Shown here: positions 9,777-19,041 of the stretch, in pieces | Numbering within the stretch: the stretch's first letter is position 1 | How the letters are laid out: every line of letters starts with the position of its first letter | Source of the DNA: a virus | Lineage: Duplodnaviria > Caudoviricetes | IMG/VR virus record: IMGVR_UViG_3300011577_000001 | DNA length: 64,000 nucleotides | Strand: one strand, 5' to 3' | Notes under the pieces: model-generated | What the model was told of the DNA's origin: nothing | Seen by the model: the letters and a program-made list of their open reading frames with translations, nothing else | Databases searched by the model: none | Position numbers and translations under genes: made by a program

Positions 9777-10893
9777 TCATGTATTCCTCAGCCAGCGCAA
9801 GATGCTCTGGAGAAAACCCTCTCGCTCGCAACCTTTCCAGTACCATTGGAACGACCGACGTCGGTGTGATAGCCACTGGCGTAAACGGTGTAACAATGCG
9901 GTTGACTGCTTCGCGAGTGATCTTTTCGCCATCTGTCCACTTGCCACTTAACGAGTGCAGGTTGAAATGTTTCTCGACCTCTTTGAAGCCGAGTTGGATA
10001 GGATCACCCTTATTACCGAGGACCCGGATGAACGTACCGATAGGCATGGTGTCCGCCAAAGCTTGGATGCGGTTCATGCACTCTTCCAGCTCGTAACCCT
10101 TGAGGTCAATGGTCTTGTACAACATCGCGTCTTCGTTCACCACGAAAGTGATCTCATGGTTTCCGTGTTCGCGATCAACCACCACGCGGTAGTGACCTTT
10201 GTCTTCCTCTTCCCCGTGACTCAGGCGTTCCAGAGAACCAGCAGCCAGGATGTTCCCGTACTGCGAGCGCTTGTGGATGTGTCCGCCAAAGACGAAGTAC
10301 CTGGTGATTCCCATGTACCTCTCGGGGATGTGGGTTGGAACCGGAACGTGGCTCGGAAGCTGGTAGTTAAACGCACCGTGCAAAATGGTGAAGTCTACCT
10401 TTTCCAAACCTTTCTCGGTCATGACCTGGACAACGTCTTTCCAAACATCGTCAGTCTCCACACGCCATTCGTCAGGTACGTAAAGAATGTTGATACCGAA
10501 CCGTTCGATGTACTCGATCGACAGGGTTTCAATCCACTTCACGTCAGCCCCGATAGACGCAATCTCGTTCTCGGAGATTACGTTAGCACTCTGCTTCCAG
10601 TCGTGGGACGGTGTCCCTTCCAGAATGCGCACCACAATGTCACGGCGCTTACACATGGAAAGGAACCAGAAGAACCAGCGACGGATCTGGTCAATCAACA
10701 CAACCTCAGAGTGCATGATCAGACGGTCGTAGAGATCGCCTGCGATGATGATCAAGTCCAGCTCACCAGTCTCTGCGTTATCCGGGAACGCTTTGTACAG
10801 CGCTTTCAGGACGTGGCTGGTGGGGGTATTGTGATGGCCTAGGTGAACATCCCCCGTTTCACCTATACGCAGCTTACGCGAGGTCGAAGTCAT
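9748..10893 (-). CDS. sbcD: SbcD/Mre11-like metallophosphoesterase nuclease (phiKZ gp65-like)
   Basis: Metallophosphoesterase motifs GDVHLG, AGDLYD, GTPSHD, LHG and GHIH. Confidence 0.88.
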   Translation of the reverse strand: MTSTSRKLRIGETGDVHLGHHNTPTSHVLKALYKAFPDNAETGELDLIIIAGDLYDRLIMHSEVVLIDQIRRWFFWFLSMCKRRDIVVRILEGTPSHDWKQSANVISENEIASIGADVKWIETLSIEYIERFGINILYVPDEWRVETDDVWKDVVQVMTEKGLEKVDFTILHGAFNYQLPSHVPVPTHIPERYMGITRYFVFGGHIHKRSQYGNILAAGSLERLSHGEEEDKGHYRVVVDREHGNHEITFVVNEDAMLYKTIDLKGYELEECMNRIQALADTMPIGTFIRVLGNKGDPIQLGFKEVEKHFNLHSLSGKWTDGEKITREAVNRIVTPFTPVAITPTSVVPMVLERLRARGFSPEHLALAEEYMNGSLLPSTG

Positions 10894-11437
10894 CGGACAG
10901 GAATCCAGCAGACTGAACGGGAGCAGCTTTCTGAGCTGGCGCTTTGCCTGGCTCTACGGCAGATGCTTCGGTGTCTAAGGATTTCAGTCCATAGTAGTCA
11001 AAGACCTTACGCCATTCCAACACTTCACGATCGTACAGACGACGACCTTCTACACGTTGCACCAGAGCGTTCTGGATGTAACGCTGGCCCAGCATCGGGA
11101 TCATGTCATCCTTTTGCATGGCTTTGGAGATGTGCTCGAACATGCTGTCGCGTGGATTGCGAGCATGACCGAAGTTCACAGGTCGACCAATGGCCGGACA
11201 CTTGAACAGGAAGGTTTGCCCTTGATACACATTGATCGGACGCAGCAAGGAATCCGATACAGCGAACCACGCCGAGAAATCTTTCGGTGGCTCTTTGCTC
11301 AGGATCAACGGCAGAATTGTATCGCGGAACTGATGTTCCTGAATACGCGGAAGATCTTCTTCGAATGCTTTTTCTAACACTGCGAAGGCTTCTTTTACTC
11401 TGTCGTCGTTTGGTACCGGTTTGCTAAGTGGGTTCAT
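10874..11437 (-). CDS. Conserved hypothetical protein
   Basis: 187 aa with AGGAGG SD, overlapping the sbcD start. Confidence 0.7.
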   Translation of the reverse strand: MNPLSKPVPNDDRVKEAFAVLEKAFEEDLPRIQEHQFRDTILPLILSKEPPKDFSAWFAVSDSLLRPINVYQGQTFLFKCPAIGRPVNFGHARNPRDSMFEHISKAMQKDDMIPMLGQRYIQNALVQRVEGRRLYDREVLEWRKVFDYYGLKSLDTEASAVEPGKAPAQKAAPVQSAGFLSDDFDLA

Positions 11438-11517
11438 GATAGTCCTCCTACGAAAGACCCAGGGCTCTATACCCTAGGTCTTTCGCATAAAGAGTTACGT
11501 GGTGAGTAGCGGTACGT

Positions 11518-12240
11518 TTATCGCGACTGACCCGCGCCCGGCAAACCCGGACGAGAGTCTCCGACGGTACGGGCACGGACTTGTTCAGTCAGACCTTGAA
11601 CCATCTGTTGCATCTGTTGCGCCGGAGTCAGGTGTTCGAACACACCTTGATCTACAGCAGGCAGACCAGCGGAGGGCTGGAGTGCCGGTTGCAGAGACTT
11701 CGGCAGGGCTGGGGCGACGCGGGCCGCACCAACAGGTTGAGCCACAGCTTCGGCAGGCGCTGGCGCTTGGTCCATGATGAAGGAGGTTTCGTCGATCGGC
11801 TCAGCCGACGCACGATACACTTCGACATAGAATGCGACGTTCACGGTGCCGCCAGTCTGGTGCTGGAACTCGTGAGTCAGTAGCGCAGCCAGCGCTTCAT
11901 CCACTTCCAGAACTTCGAACTGGTCGGAACCCAGCTCACGGCGGGTATGGATGTGCACCTTGCCAGGATTGATCGGATGATCATAAGCGTCCTGGTAAAT
12001 GCGGTACATAGTATTCTCGGTCAGGCGCTCGAATACCTTGAACACCAGTTGAGGAGCTTGGGGCTCTTCGTGGTGGTGGTCATGACCGTGGCTGTGGCCT
12101 TGCGCTTGGCGCAGCGAGATCAGTTGGGAGACGGTGATACCCAGGTCACGAATAGCGACCAGCAGGGAGTTCTCCAGACCATCCAAACGTTGTTCGATGG
12201 CGATCAGGCGTTGCTCATGGCTCGGTTGGTTCTTGGACAT
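11518..12240 (-). CDS. Hypothetical protein with N-terminal coiled coil and His-rich tract
   Basis: 240 aa with heptad N-terminus and HSHGHDHHHEE; a terminator hairpin follows at about 11451-11485. Confidence 0.7.
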   Translation of the reverse strand: MSKNQPSHEQRLIAIEQRLDGLENSLLVAIRDLGITVSQLISLRQAQGHSHGHDHHHEEPQAPQLVFKVFERLTENTMYRIYQDAYDHPINPGKVHIHTRRELGSDQFEVLEVDEALAALLTHEFQHQTGGTVNVAFYVEVYRASAEPIDETSFIMDQAPAPAEAVAQPVGAARVAPALPKSLQPALQPSAGLPAVDQGVFEHLTPAQQMQQMVQGLTEQVRARTVGDSRPGLPGAGQSR

Positions 12241-12251
12241 CGGTGTTTCCT

Positions 12252-12653
12252 CTACCCGTTGTTGGCGTCAAAGATAGCGACGACTTTCGAGTTGATGACT
12301 TGGATCTCCTTACCGACACTATAAATAGTGGCGTCTTGGGTCACAGTAGCATCCACCCGAAGGTTGATATTGTCAGGGTTGGTTTCGTCAACTGCCGAGA
12401 TCGACACGTCCACTTGGATGGTGTCAAAGTAGGGAGTGATGAAGTTCATTACCACGCGTTTGGTTTCCGAGCGCAGTAAGCTGCGATTATCCGCACACTC
12501 CTTGATCAGGTTTGGCAGAGAAGAAATCTGGCCCTGATACAGGTGACTCTGGGAAAAGTCACTCAAAAAGAAATAGCTGATCAACTTATCCAGCTTCTCT
12601 GAAATGTTTCCGACCCAGCCGGAAGCACTCAGACTTGGCACTTGAACGGCCAT
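12252..12653 (-). CDS. Conserved virion protein (phiKZ gp62-like), possibly T4 gp25-like sheath-initiator fold
   Basis: Start moved to ATG 12653 (MAVQVPSLS); 133 aa with two helices followed by beta strands. Confidence 0.55.
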   Translation of the reverse strand: MAVQVPSLSASGWVGNISEKLDKLISYFFLSDFSQSHLYQGQISSLPNLIKECADNRSLLRSETKRVVMNFITPYFDTIQVDVSISAVDETNPDNINLRVDATVTQDATIYSVGKEIQVINSKVVAIFDANNG

Positions 12654-12751
12654 GACTCTACCCTCTAAAAGACATATAAAGGAAGAAGAGGGTAGAAAGG
12701 ACAAAAAAAGAAAGGGAGCCGAAGCCCCCTAACTTTTCCCAGCCCGCAGGA

Positions 12752-13366
12752 TTAAAGAGAGGCGTTGTAACGACTGGTTGGGTCGTCACGGCCTTCTTTA
12801 ATCTTACGGATCAGATTACCGATCGAGTTTTCCAGGATGACTTGTTCGTCATGCTGCAACTCGCGGTCACCTTCGAGGAGTTCTTCGAAGAACGTCCACG
12901 CTACCCAGTCTTCTTCGGTTTCCTGCACCACACCATTCATGAGGCGGCGGTAGTCATAATGATCATGACCAATCGCATCCCCGTGGATGTTCTTGTAGGT
13001 ATCGGAGTAACCGTCGAGTTTCTGAGCCAAGTACCTTGCCCGGATGAACGGGTCTGCCATCAGGTAACGCTGCATGACCGGTGGAGCATGTTGCATCTGT
13101 GCAATCGATTCAAGCAGCCGGATTACATCAGCATCCCACATGGTCTGGACACTACGGACCGCAGCACGCGCTGCCCGCATCGCATCTTGACCGAAATACT
13201 GATCCCATTTTTGCGTGGCCATCTGCACGAACGCCCGCCCAGAATCCGTAAGGTTCTGTGTGAACATCTGTGCCGATTCAGCCAGGTATTGCATTGTTGA
13301 CTCAGCTCGTGGCGCGTACGCCAACTCGTTAAACGCCAACGAGCCGCCTTCGATATAGCCTGCCAT
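12752..13366 (-). CDS. Conserved phiKZ-family core protein (gp59-61 region)
   Basis: 204 aa with MQRYLMADP, GYSDTY, HYDYRR and DPTS; good SD and terminator. Confidence 0.7.
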   Translation of the reverse strand: MAGYIEGGSLAFNELAYAPRAESTMQYLAESAQMFTQNLTDSGRAFVQMATQKWDQYFGQDAMRAARAAVRSVQTMWDADVIRLLESIAQMQHAPPVMQRYLMADPFIRARYLAQKLDGYSDTYKNIHGDAIGHDHYDYRRLMNGVVQETEEDWVAWTFFEELLEGDRELQHDEQVILENSIGNLIRKIKEGRDDPTSRYNASL

Positions 13367-13407
13367 GGTAGCTCCCTCGTTACATACTTTATTGGCTACC
13401 TGTAAGA

Positions 13408-13689
13408 TTAGACGTGCTCGAACCCTCGGGCCTTAAGCCAATCAGGTTGAGCGTTCGTTGCGACCAGCACCATGGAGTCGGTTCCTTTGTCCACCAGGTA
13501 CAGGTCATACTGCTTCTTGTCGTCGTTCTCACGACCACGCAGTTCGAAAACCACGTTGTGTTCCTCGAGTCCCTGTTTCATCAACACGAAGTCTTCCGCA
13601 GGTTGCGGGAACATGGCAAGGTAGAGAGCAGGGGTGGAGTGGTGTCCATCCTTGATCATCTGGAGCACTTTCTCAGCACTGGTGTTCAT
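13408..13689 (-). CDS. Hypothetical protein
   Basis: 93 aa with AAGGA SD, co-oriented with neighbours. Confidence 0.6.
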   Translation of the reverse strand: MNTSAEKVLQMIKDGHHSTPALYLAMFPQPAEDFVLMKQGLEEHNVVFELRGRENDDKKQYDLYLVDKGTDSMVLVATNAQPDWLKARGFEHV

Positions 13690-13736
13690 AGTTTCCTTTT
13701 CCTTAAAAGGGAAGGGGGACTCAAGTCCCCCAGAGG

Positions 13737-15179
13737 TTAGCGGCCATGGTGAATGAAGTTGGCAATGGTTGCGATGATAGGTGCCGGGAGCGATACGTGT
13801 CCAGAGATTGCCCTGGGGTTACGCAGATCCAGTACACCGTTATGCGGGGCCAACGGGTCTAACTTGAGAAGCGTCTTTTCGTCCAGGATCACAATGCCGT
13901 TCAAGGCGTCACCGTCAAAGTCAGCGTTCATACCGGAGAGGATGTTCACCGACGGGCTGATGGTGTTGATCTTGGGGTCTTTCTTGATACGACGGATGTA
14001 CAGGCGCTGAGCCGAGAGACGAGTCAGCGTTGGGTTTCGCTGGAAGATTACCGCAATACCGCCACGGGGACCTTCTGCGATCAGTTCCTCAAACAGCTCA
14101 TCCAGCAGTGGGTGATACCGCAGGGTGTGCTCGTAAAGGAACTTGTTGATTTCGTTCGGACTGAACAGTTGGTCAGTGCCCGGAACGCAACGGCGCAGCA
14201 GCTTACTGGTCAGGTGGACCTTGAGGGTCATCACCGCCATTGGCCACGGCATTTCCAGATCTTCGTAGTGGTGCGGGTCAGACAAGGACGAGATCACACC
14301 ACGGAACGAGTAGTTCACTCGAGAGCCGAAGATGTGTTTGCGGTACCATCCTGGCTTACCGCCCAGTTGCCCTGCAATGAATGGTGCATAATAAGCCACC
14401 AACATGTTCAGAGCTTTGATCGTCATCACTTCAATCTGCCGAGGTTTCAGCGGAGTCGGTGAGTTTTCGATCGAACTGAATGTCCGCATCGCGTTGATCG
14501 CCGGAGTCATCCCAGTATCGGCATAAGTGCCGGTGGCCGTATTCTCCGTGATGAAGGAGATCCGACTTGGACAGGGAATGTACTTCGAGAAGATCGCATG
14601 GCGATACATCTGAATGAAGAGCAGCGTGTCATCCATCTGCTGCTGGTTCTTGTTGTTCGGAAGAATCTCCCGCAAGAACAAGTTCATCAGGTCATCGAAA
14701 TGCCTGTAGAACGTATTGATGCCGCGACCGATGTTGAGCCCTTTGAGGTACTGCAACACGTTTTGTGCATCGTTGTTGGGAGGAATGTAGGACGGATTTG
14801 TAATCCAGTCCAGCAAGTTCGTTCCCTTGTAGGCGAAGATCGGTTTCAGCACATGCAGAGCCCAGGGGTTGATCAGTGCGTCAATACCACGTGGCGCAGC
14901 AATCCACAACAAGGACTCCAGAGGTCTTTCCGTAACCGACATACAGGGAAACCCGCAGTGGTCACACACAACGCCTACGTTGTGCTCGTACTTGACTCTC
15001 TTACATTCACATGACGGCACGACGTCTAAGGTGTCACCCTCATAACGCGTCATGATCATTTGGTTCAGTCGTTCCCGATCCAGCTCGGTAGTAACATCGA
15101 AGTCGTTGATGATCACGGGAGCTGTTGTCAACTTGTTGAACAACTCGTCATGACTCACGATTTCCGCTTCTACGCCCAT
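13737..15179 (-). CDS. Non-virion RNA polymerase beta' catalytic subunit (phiKZ gp55/56.1-like), uninterrupted
   Basis: Catalytic NADFDGD motif, zinc-finger cysteines (CEC...CDHC) and RNPTL. Confidence 0.95.
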   Translation of the reverse strand: MGVEAEIVSHDELFNKLTTAPVIINDFDVTTELDRERLNQMIMTRYEGDTLDVVPSCECKRVKYEHNVGVVCDHCGFPCMSVTERPLESLLWIAAPRGIDALINPWALHVLKPIFAYKGTNLLDWITNPSYIPPNNDAQNVLQYLKGLNIGRGINTFYRHFDDLMNLFLREILPNNKNQQQMDDTLLFIQMYRHAIFSKYIPCPSRISFITENTATGTYADTGMTPAINAMRTFSSIENSPTPLKPRQIEVMTIKALNMLVAYYAPFIAGQLGGKPGWYRKHIFGSRVNYSFRGVISSLSDPHHYEDLEMPWPMAVMTLKVHLTSKLLRRCVPGTDQLFSPNEINKFLYEHTLRYHPLLDELFEELIAEGPRGGIAVIFQRNPTLTRLSAQRLYIRRIKKDPKINTISPSVNILSGMNADFDGDALNGIVILDEKTLLKLDPLAPHNGVLDLRNPRAISGHVSLPAPIIATIANFIHHGR

Positions 15180-15196
15180 GGGCTACTCCTGAAGAG

Positions 15197-15234
15197 ACGG
15201 ACATAAAAAGAAAAGGGGACCGAAGTCCCCTTTT
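15197..15234 (-). terminator. Intrinsic terminator after chmA
   Basis: GGGGAC-TTCG-GTCCCC hairpin plus T-tract on the minus strand. Confidence 0.85.
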
Positions 15235-15259
15235 ACTCATTGCAACAACCTACCGCTGA

Positions 15260-17278
15260 TTAGCGGTTCCAGGTCCCGGTGAAGGGAGAGCTGAACAGGC
15301 GCGAGCCTTGTTGCTGACCGCCACCGTAGTTGAAGAAGCCACCAACGTTGTTGGCAACCAGGTGGTTCAGGTCGTAGCCACCACGCTGAGTCAGGACGTT
15401 GTTATCGTCCAGGCCCTTGGCAGGACGCACGTTCAGACCGCAACGTACGATTGCTTCGGACAGCGCGTCCATGAAGGCGTTGTCGAACGACACGCGACGA
15501 GCGAAGCCCTTGACGTGGATTTCCGAGGCCAGGAGCTGGCGCAGGATTTCCTTGCGCTGAGCCAGGCGGATTTCCAGCGGGACCTGCACGTTGCGGTGGG
15601 TTTCTTCCCAGGCTTCGACCAGTTTCGGGTTGGTCTTGCCAGCCAGGTTGAGGATGGCCAGGTAGTCGATTTCACGCAGGTCACGACGATTGCCTTCGCG
15701 ATCGTAGTAGAAGCCCAGGTGGATGCGATCCTGATCGTCGTAGCAAACCGGCTTGGTCGCGTCGAACAGTTGCTGGAAGTGACCCATGGTCAGGTTGTTG
15801 GCCGCTTGCAGGATGGCCAGACGAGCGTTCTCGTCGCCGTTGGCGGCGGCGATGTAGGTCTGGTGAATCCAGGACAGCTCGCCAACCTCGGCGATGTCGA
15901 GGGTGAAGATCAGCTTCGGCGCGATCAGGGTGTTGATGAGCTGGCGCATTTCGTTGTCACCGAAGTCGGCGGAACGAGTCGGCAGTGCATCAGGCTTGGC
16001 GTTCGGGTCACCGGTCAGGTTGACTTCGTAGCCGACAGCACCCAGGTCTTTCAGATCGACGTCGGTAGCCTTGCCCTTGTTGGCGCGCCAGGTACCGGTG
16101 TACAGCGCGTTGCGGTTCAGACCGAAGGCGGTAGACAGGGTCAGCAGTTGCAGTTCCATGTTCACGGCGTCGGTCAGGGTGTCGACCGAGGTCATCACCA
16201 GACGCGGCTGGTACATCTGAGTCGCCATCATTTGCTGCTGGCCGAACATACCGAAGGCGTTCTGCTGCGGCTGGAAGCCCGCTTGTGCCGGTTGGTACAT
16301 CAGGTCAACGTACGCACCCACGCGGGTGAGCTGACGGGTTTGTTGCAGGCTGAACTGCGAGTCGGCTTGGGACTGCGCGGACATGGTGACGATGATGTCT
16401 TCACGTACCGGCATGCCAACCAGGTCTTCGCCGTGCTGACGAGTGAACTCGACACGCGCGCTCAGTTGGTCACCAGCGCCGACTTCGCCCAGGGTGAACG
16501 GCTCTTCGGTGCCGCCGAGCTGGTTGTCCATGATGGTGTAGCAGGCCTGGGTGCTGTTGTGCAGCAGGCGGTTGAAGCGGTTCTCGGTGCTGACTTCGGC
16601 TTCGGCCGGGATCACGATGCCACCGGCGTCGTGGACCTGAGCGTTCATGCCGTAGGTGTTGATGACGAACTGCTCCAGAACTTGCCAGTACGACTTGTTC
16701 AGGTAGATGTCACCCGGTACGATGTCGACTTCGACGGTGGTGCCGCCCAGGTTGACGCTGTTCGGGTCCAGCGGCGCACCGCTCGATTCGATCAGCATGC
16801 TGTAGACCGCGATGTGGTCTTGGCCCTGGAAGTTCTCGTGGTAGCAGACCAGGATGCTGGAGAAGGTCACCTTGGACTGGTTGTTGTCCAGTACCAGGAT
16901 GTTGAATTCCTTCTTCTGCTGTTCGGTCAGCACTTTGGCGGCGCGTTCTTTCAGACCGGTCTGGATGGTCTGCACGTCTTCGCCGGACATGTTACGAGGA
17001 ACCGGACGGCGGTGGTTGGCGTTGACGTCGAGGACCGAACGGCCACGGCTGCCGACGCGAGAGTTTTGCTGGTTCATCTGAGCACCTGCGTTGAAAGGTT
17101 GTTGCGGTTGAGCGTTACCGCCAGTCGGCTGTTGCTGACCACCGGCTGGTTGTTGTGCTTGCTGGGTCTGATCAGCACCCTGCGGATTGAGGCCTGCTTT
17201 CAGCATGGCTTCTGCCATTGCGCTGTTCGCAGGTTGGTTCGACTGGCTCTGGCCAGGTTGGTTACGTTTGACGGACAT
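15260..17278 (-). CDS. chmA: Chimallin, major phage nuclear shell protein (phiKZ gp54-like)
   Basis: Start moved to ATG 17278 (AAGGA SD). 672 aa with Q-rich N-tail, RRDLREIDYL and strongly biased codon usage; directly upstream of the gp55-like gene and preceded by an early promoter. Confidence 0.9.
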   Translation of the reverse strand: MSVKRNQPGQSQSNQPANSAMAEAMLKAGLNPQGADQTQQAQQPAGGQQQPTGGNAQPQQPFNAGAQMNQQNSRVGSRGRSVLDVNANHRRPVPRNMSGEDVQTIQTGLKERAAKVLTEQQKKEFNILVLDNNQSKVTFSSILVCYHENFQGQDHIAVYSMLIESSGAPLDPNSVNLGGTTVEVDIVPGDIYLNKSYWQVLEQFVINTYGMNAQVHDAGGIVIPAEAEVSTENRFNRLLHNSTQACYTIMDNQLGGTEEPFTLGEVGAGDQLSARVEFTRQHGEDLVGMPVREDIIVTMSAQSQADSQFSLQQTRQLTRVGAYVDLMYQPAQAGFQPQQNAFGMFGQQQMMATQMYQPRLVMTSVDTLTDAVNMELQLLTLSTAFGLNRNALYTGTWRANKGKATDVDLKDLGAVGYEVNLTGDPNAKPDALPTRSADFGDNEMRQLINTLIAPKLIFTLDIAEVGELSWIHQTYIAAANGDENARLAILQAANNLTMGHFQQLFDATKPVCYDDQDRIHLGFYYDREGNRRDLREIDYLAILNLAGKTNPKLVEAWEETHRNVQVPLEIRLAQRKEILRQLLASEIHVKGFARRVSFDNAFMDALSEAIVRCGLNVRPAKGLDDNNVLTQRGGYDLNHLVANNVGGFFNYGGGQQQGSRLFSSPFTGTWNR

Positions 17279-17358
17279 CTCGTGTTCCTTTTCATTGGGG
17301 TTGAGCACTACGACACACCATTTGCCTATGCTCTATTTATTTACATTGGGCATGGTGT

Positions 17359-17390
17359 CACTTAGGTAATATGTGGGTCAAATCGCTTTG
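17359..17390 (-). promoter_or_regulatory. Early promoter of chmA
   Basis: Minus strand reads TTTGACCCA-CATATTAC-CTAAGTG. Confidence 0.75.
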
Positions 17391-17498
17391 AATCCAATAC
17401 CACCAACCGGTTACAAAGATCATGCGCCCATAACGCTAAGTGCCGAAGCACCTAGTTGAGAGCATTCTCCTATAACATAGTGCAGTGTATGTAAGAAA

Positions 17499-17795
17499 TT
17501 ACTTTATCCTTACATTGCTGATCAGCGAGTACACGTTAAGTCCTTTCGCCTTTGCAGCTTTTCGAGCTTCCATCTCGGCAGGTAGTTCGAAGGTTTGCTT
17601 GGAGTCAAACACAAACTCCGTGATATCGTGCCCACGGTTATTGCTGATTCCCAACGTCACCCGACGCTCGAACTTCTTCCGGGTCTTCGCAACGGCCTTC
17701 GCCGGTTCCGAGGCAGCAGGAGTTTGTCCAGTAGTACGGGCAATCTCCAAACGCAGCGCTGCTTCGAAATCCGAGAGTTCTTTGCTAACAACCAT
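17499..17795 (-). CDS. Small basic hypothetical protein
   Basis: 98 aa with AAGGAG SD; early-type promoter at 17849-17880. Confidence 0.65.
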   Translation of the reverse strand: MVVSKELSDFEAALRLEIARTTGQTPAASEPAKAVAKTRKKFERRVTLGISNNRGHDITEFVFDSKQTFELPAEMEARKAAKAKGLNVYSLISNVRIK

Positions 17796-17904
17796 GGTTC
17801 AACTCCTTAGTTGAAAAAAGTTTATAAGACAGATTACCTAGTGTCTGTCACGTGGATATTATGTATTTGAAATTCCTTTTAATCAACTCTAAAGGGCCGC
17901 CCCA

Positions 17905-19005
17905 ATGTACAGCCTTTTCAATGAACCGATCTGGGGTACGCAAGGTGCTAACATTACCTTCCCCAAGTATCAGCGCGCTATTCAGGGGCTGCGCCAGAAT
18001 CTCGAGAAGGTGATCGAGTACAACCGTACCTATCCACGTGCTGTTGATAGTGGTCACTTCCTCGTGAAATTGCTGCAATCCCTTAACGTACCATTATCCA
18101 TGGACGTCAACATTTACAGGGACCGGGTTGAAGAAGCGGCTGAAGGCGCCAGTATGGCGTTCAACATGACCTCTTCATTATACAGGGGTCGCGTGTTCAG
18201 TCCAGGACTTTTCTATGGGCCGGGGTCTTACGAGATCGTGATTGCCCACTCAGAAGAATTCGATCTGCGGGGAATCGAAGACAACTGGGAAGACTTATGT
18301 CCTGTGACGTTCCTGACCCATCCCAAAACTGACCTTGGCATGGACACACCCATCGGCTTCCAAACCAACGGCGAGGAAGGTCTGACCATTGTGTTGGTCA
18401 ACATCCCGATGCTGGCGGTTCAGTACCGGATGTGGCGTATCCGAGAATGGCACCAGAACAATGAAGCCCAACGGACGATCATGCAGTTCATGTCTTCGTA
18501 TCCGTTGAACAACGCTTTACATTCCCAGCTAGACTTGGCGATCCTCAACCGGTTCATGGCGGTTTACCGTGGTGATCCTCGAGGAATGTCCATGGTTCGA
18601 AAACCCTACACCCTGACACGCTGGGAAGCAGAGTTGGACTTTGGTCTGGACCAGTACGCCGAGGACTTGCAGAAACGTAAGTACACCTTCGATCACTTCC
18701 TCTCTGTGTTCAAGGGAGTGTCGTCGTGGACCCTGCGTGATGCTATTCGTATTCCTCGGATGGTACCAACCCGACAGGTTACTTGGGCGTTGGCAATGTC
18801 CAGGGCTCGTGTAGTGGACTTCCTGTTGGATTGGACCAAAGAGAACAACGTTGACCGCAACAAAGGTTACTGTAACGACATCCAGTTGGAGACTTCCAGA
18901 ATGCTCAATGACAGTGCTCTTCGCAGTTCCCTCCCGCGCTGGGCATATCCGGCATGGGAAGACCTCTTTAAAGAGATCGTCGCCAAAGCTAAAAGCGTCC
19001 GCTAG
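17905..19005 (+). CDS. Conserved phiKZ-family protein (gp52-like, probably virion-associated)
   Basis: 366 aa on the plus strand between chmA and DNA polymerase, as in phiKZ; bidirectional terminator at 19005-19050. Confidence 0.65.
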   Translation: MYSLFNEPIWGTQGANITFPKYQRAIQGLRQNLEKVIEYNRTYPRAVDSGHFLVKLLQSLNVPLSMDVNIYRDRVEEAAEGASMAFNMTSSLYRGRVFSPGLFYGPGSYEIVIAHSEEFDLRGIEDNWEDLCPVTFLTHPKTDLGMDTPIGFQTNGEEGLTIVLVNIPMLAVQYRMWRIREWHQNNEAQRTIMQFMSSYPLNNALHSQLDLAILNRFMAVYRGDPRGMSMVRKPYTLTRWEAELDFGLDQYAEDLQKRKYTFDHFLSVFKGVSSWTLRDAIRIPRMVPTRQVTWALAMSRARVVDFLLDWTKENNVDRNKGYCNDIQLETSRMLNDSALRSSLPRWAYPAWEDLFKEIVAKAKSVR

Positions 19006-19041
19006 AGAAACGGGGAAGCCGCAAGGCCTCCCCGTTTCCCT

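Noticed and set aside
55-17365. Long plus-strand ORFs (55-975, 1442-2689, 3574-4908, 4902-6383, 15308-17365 and others)
   Set aside because: They are antisense shadows of strongly codon-biased minus-strand genes, with no SD or motifs and unnatural V/H/D-rich composition.
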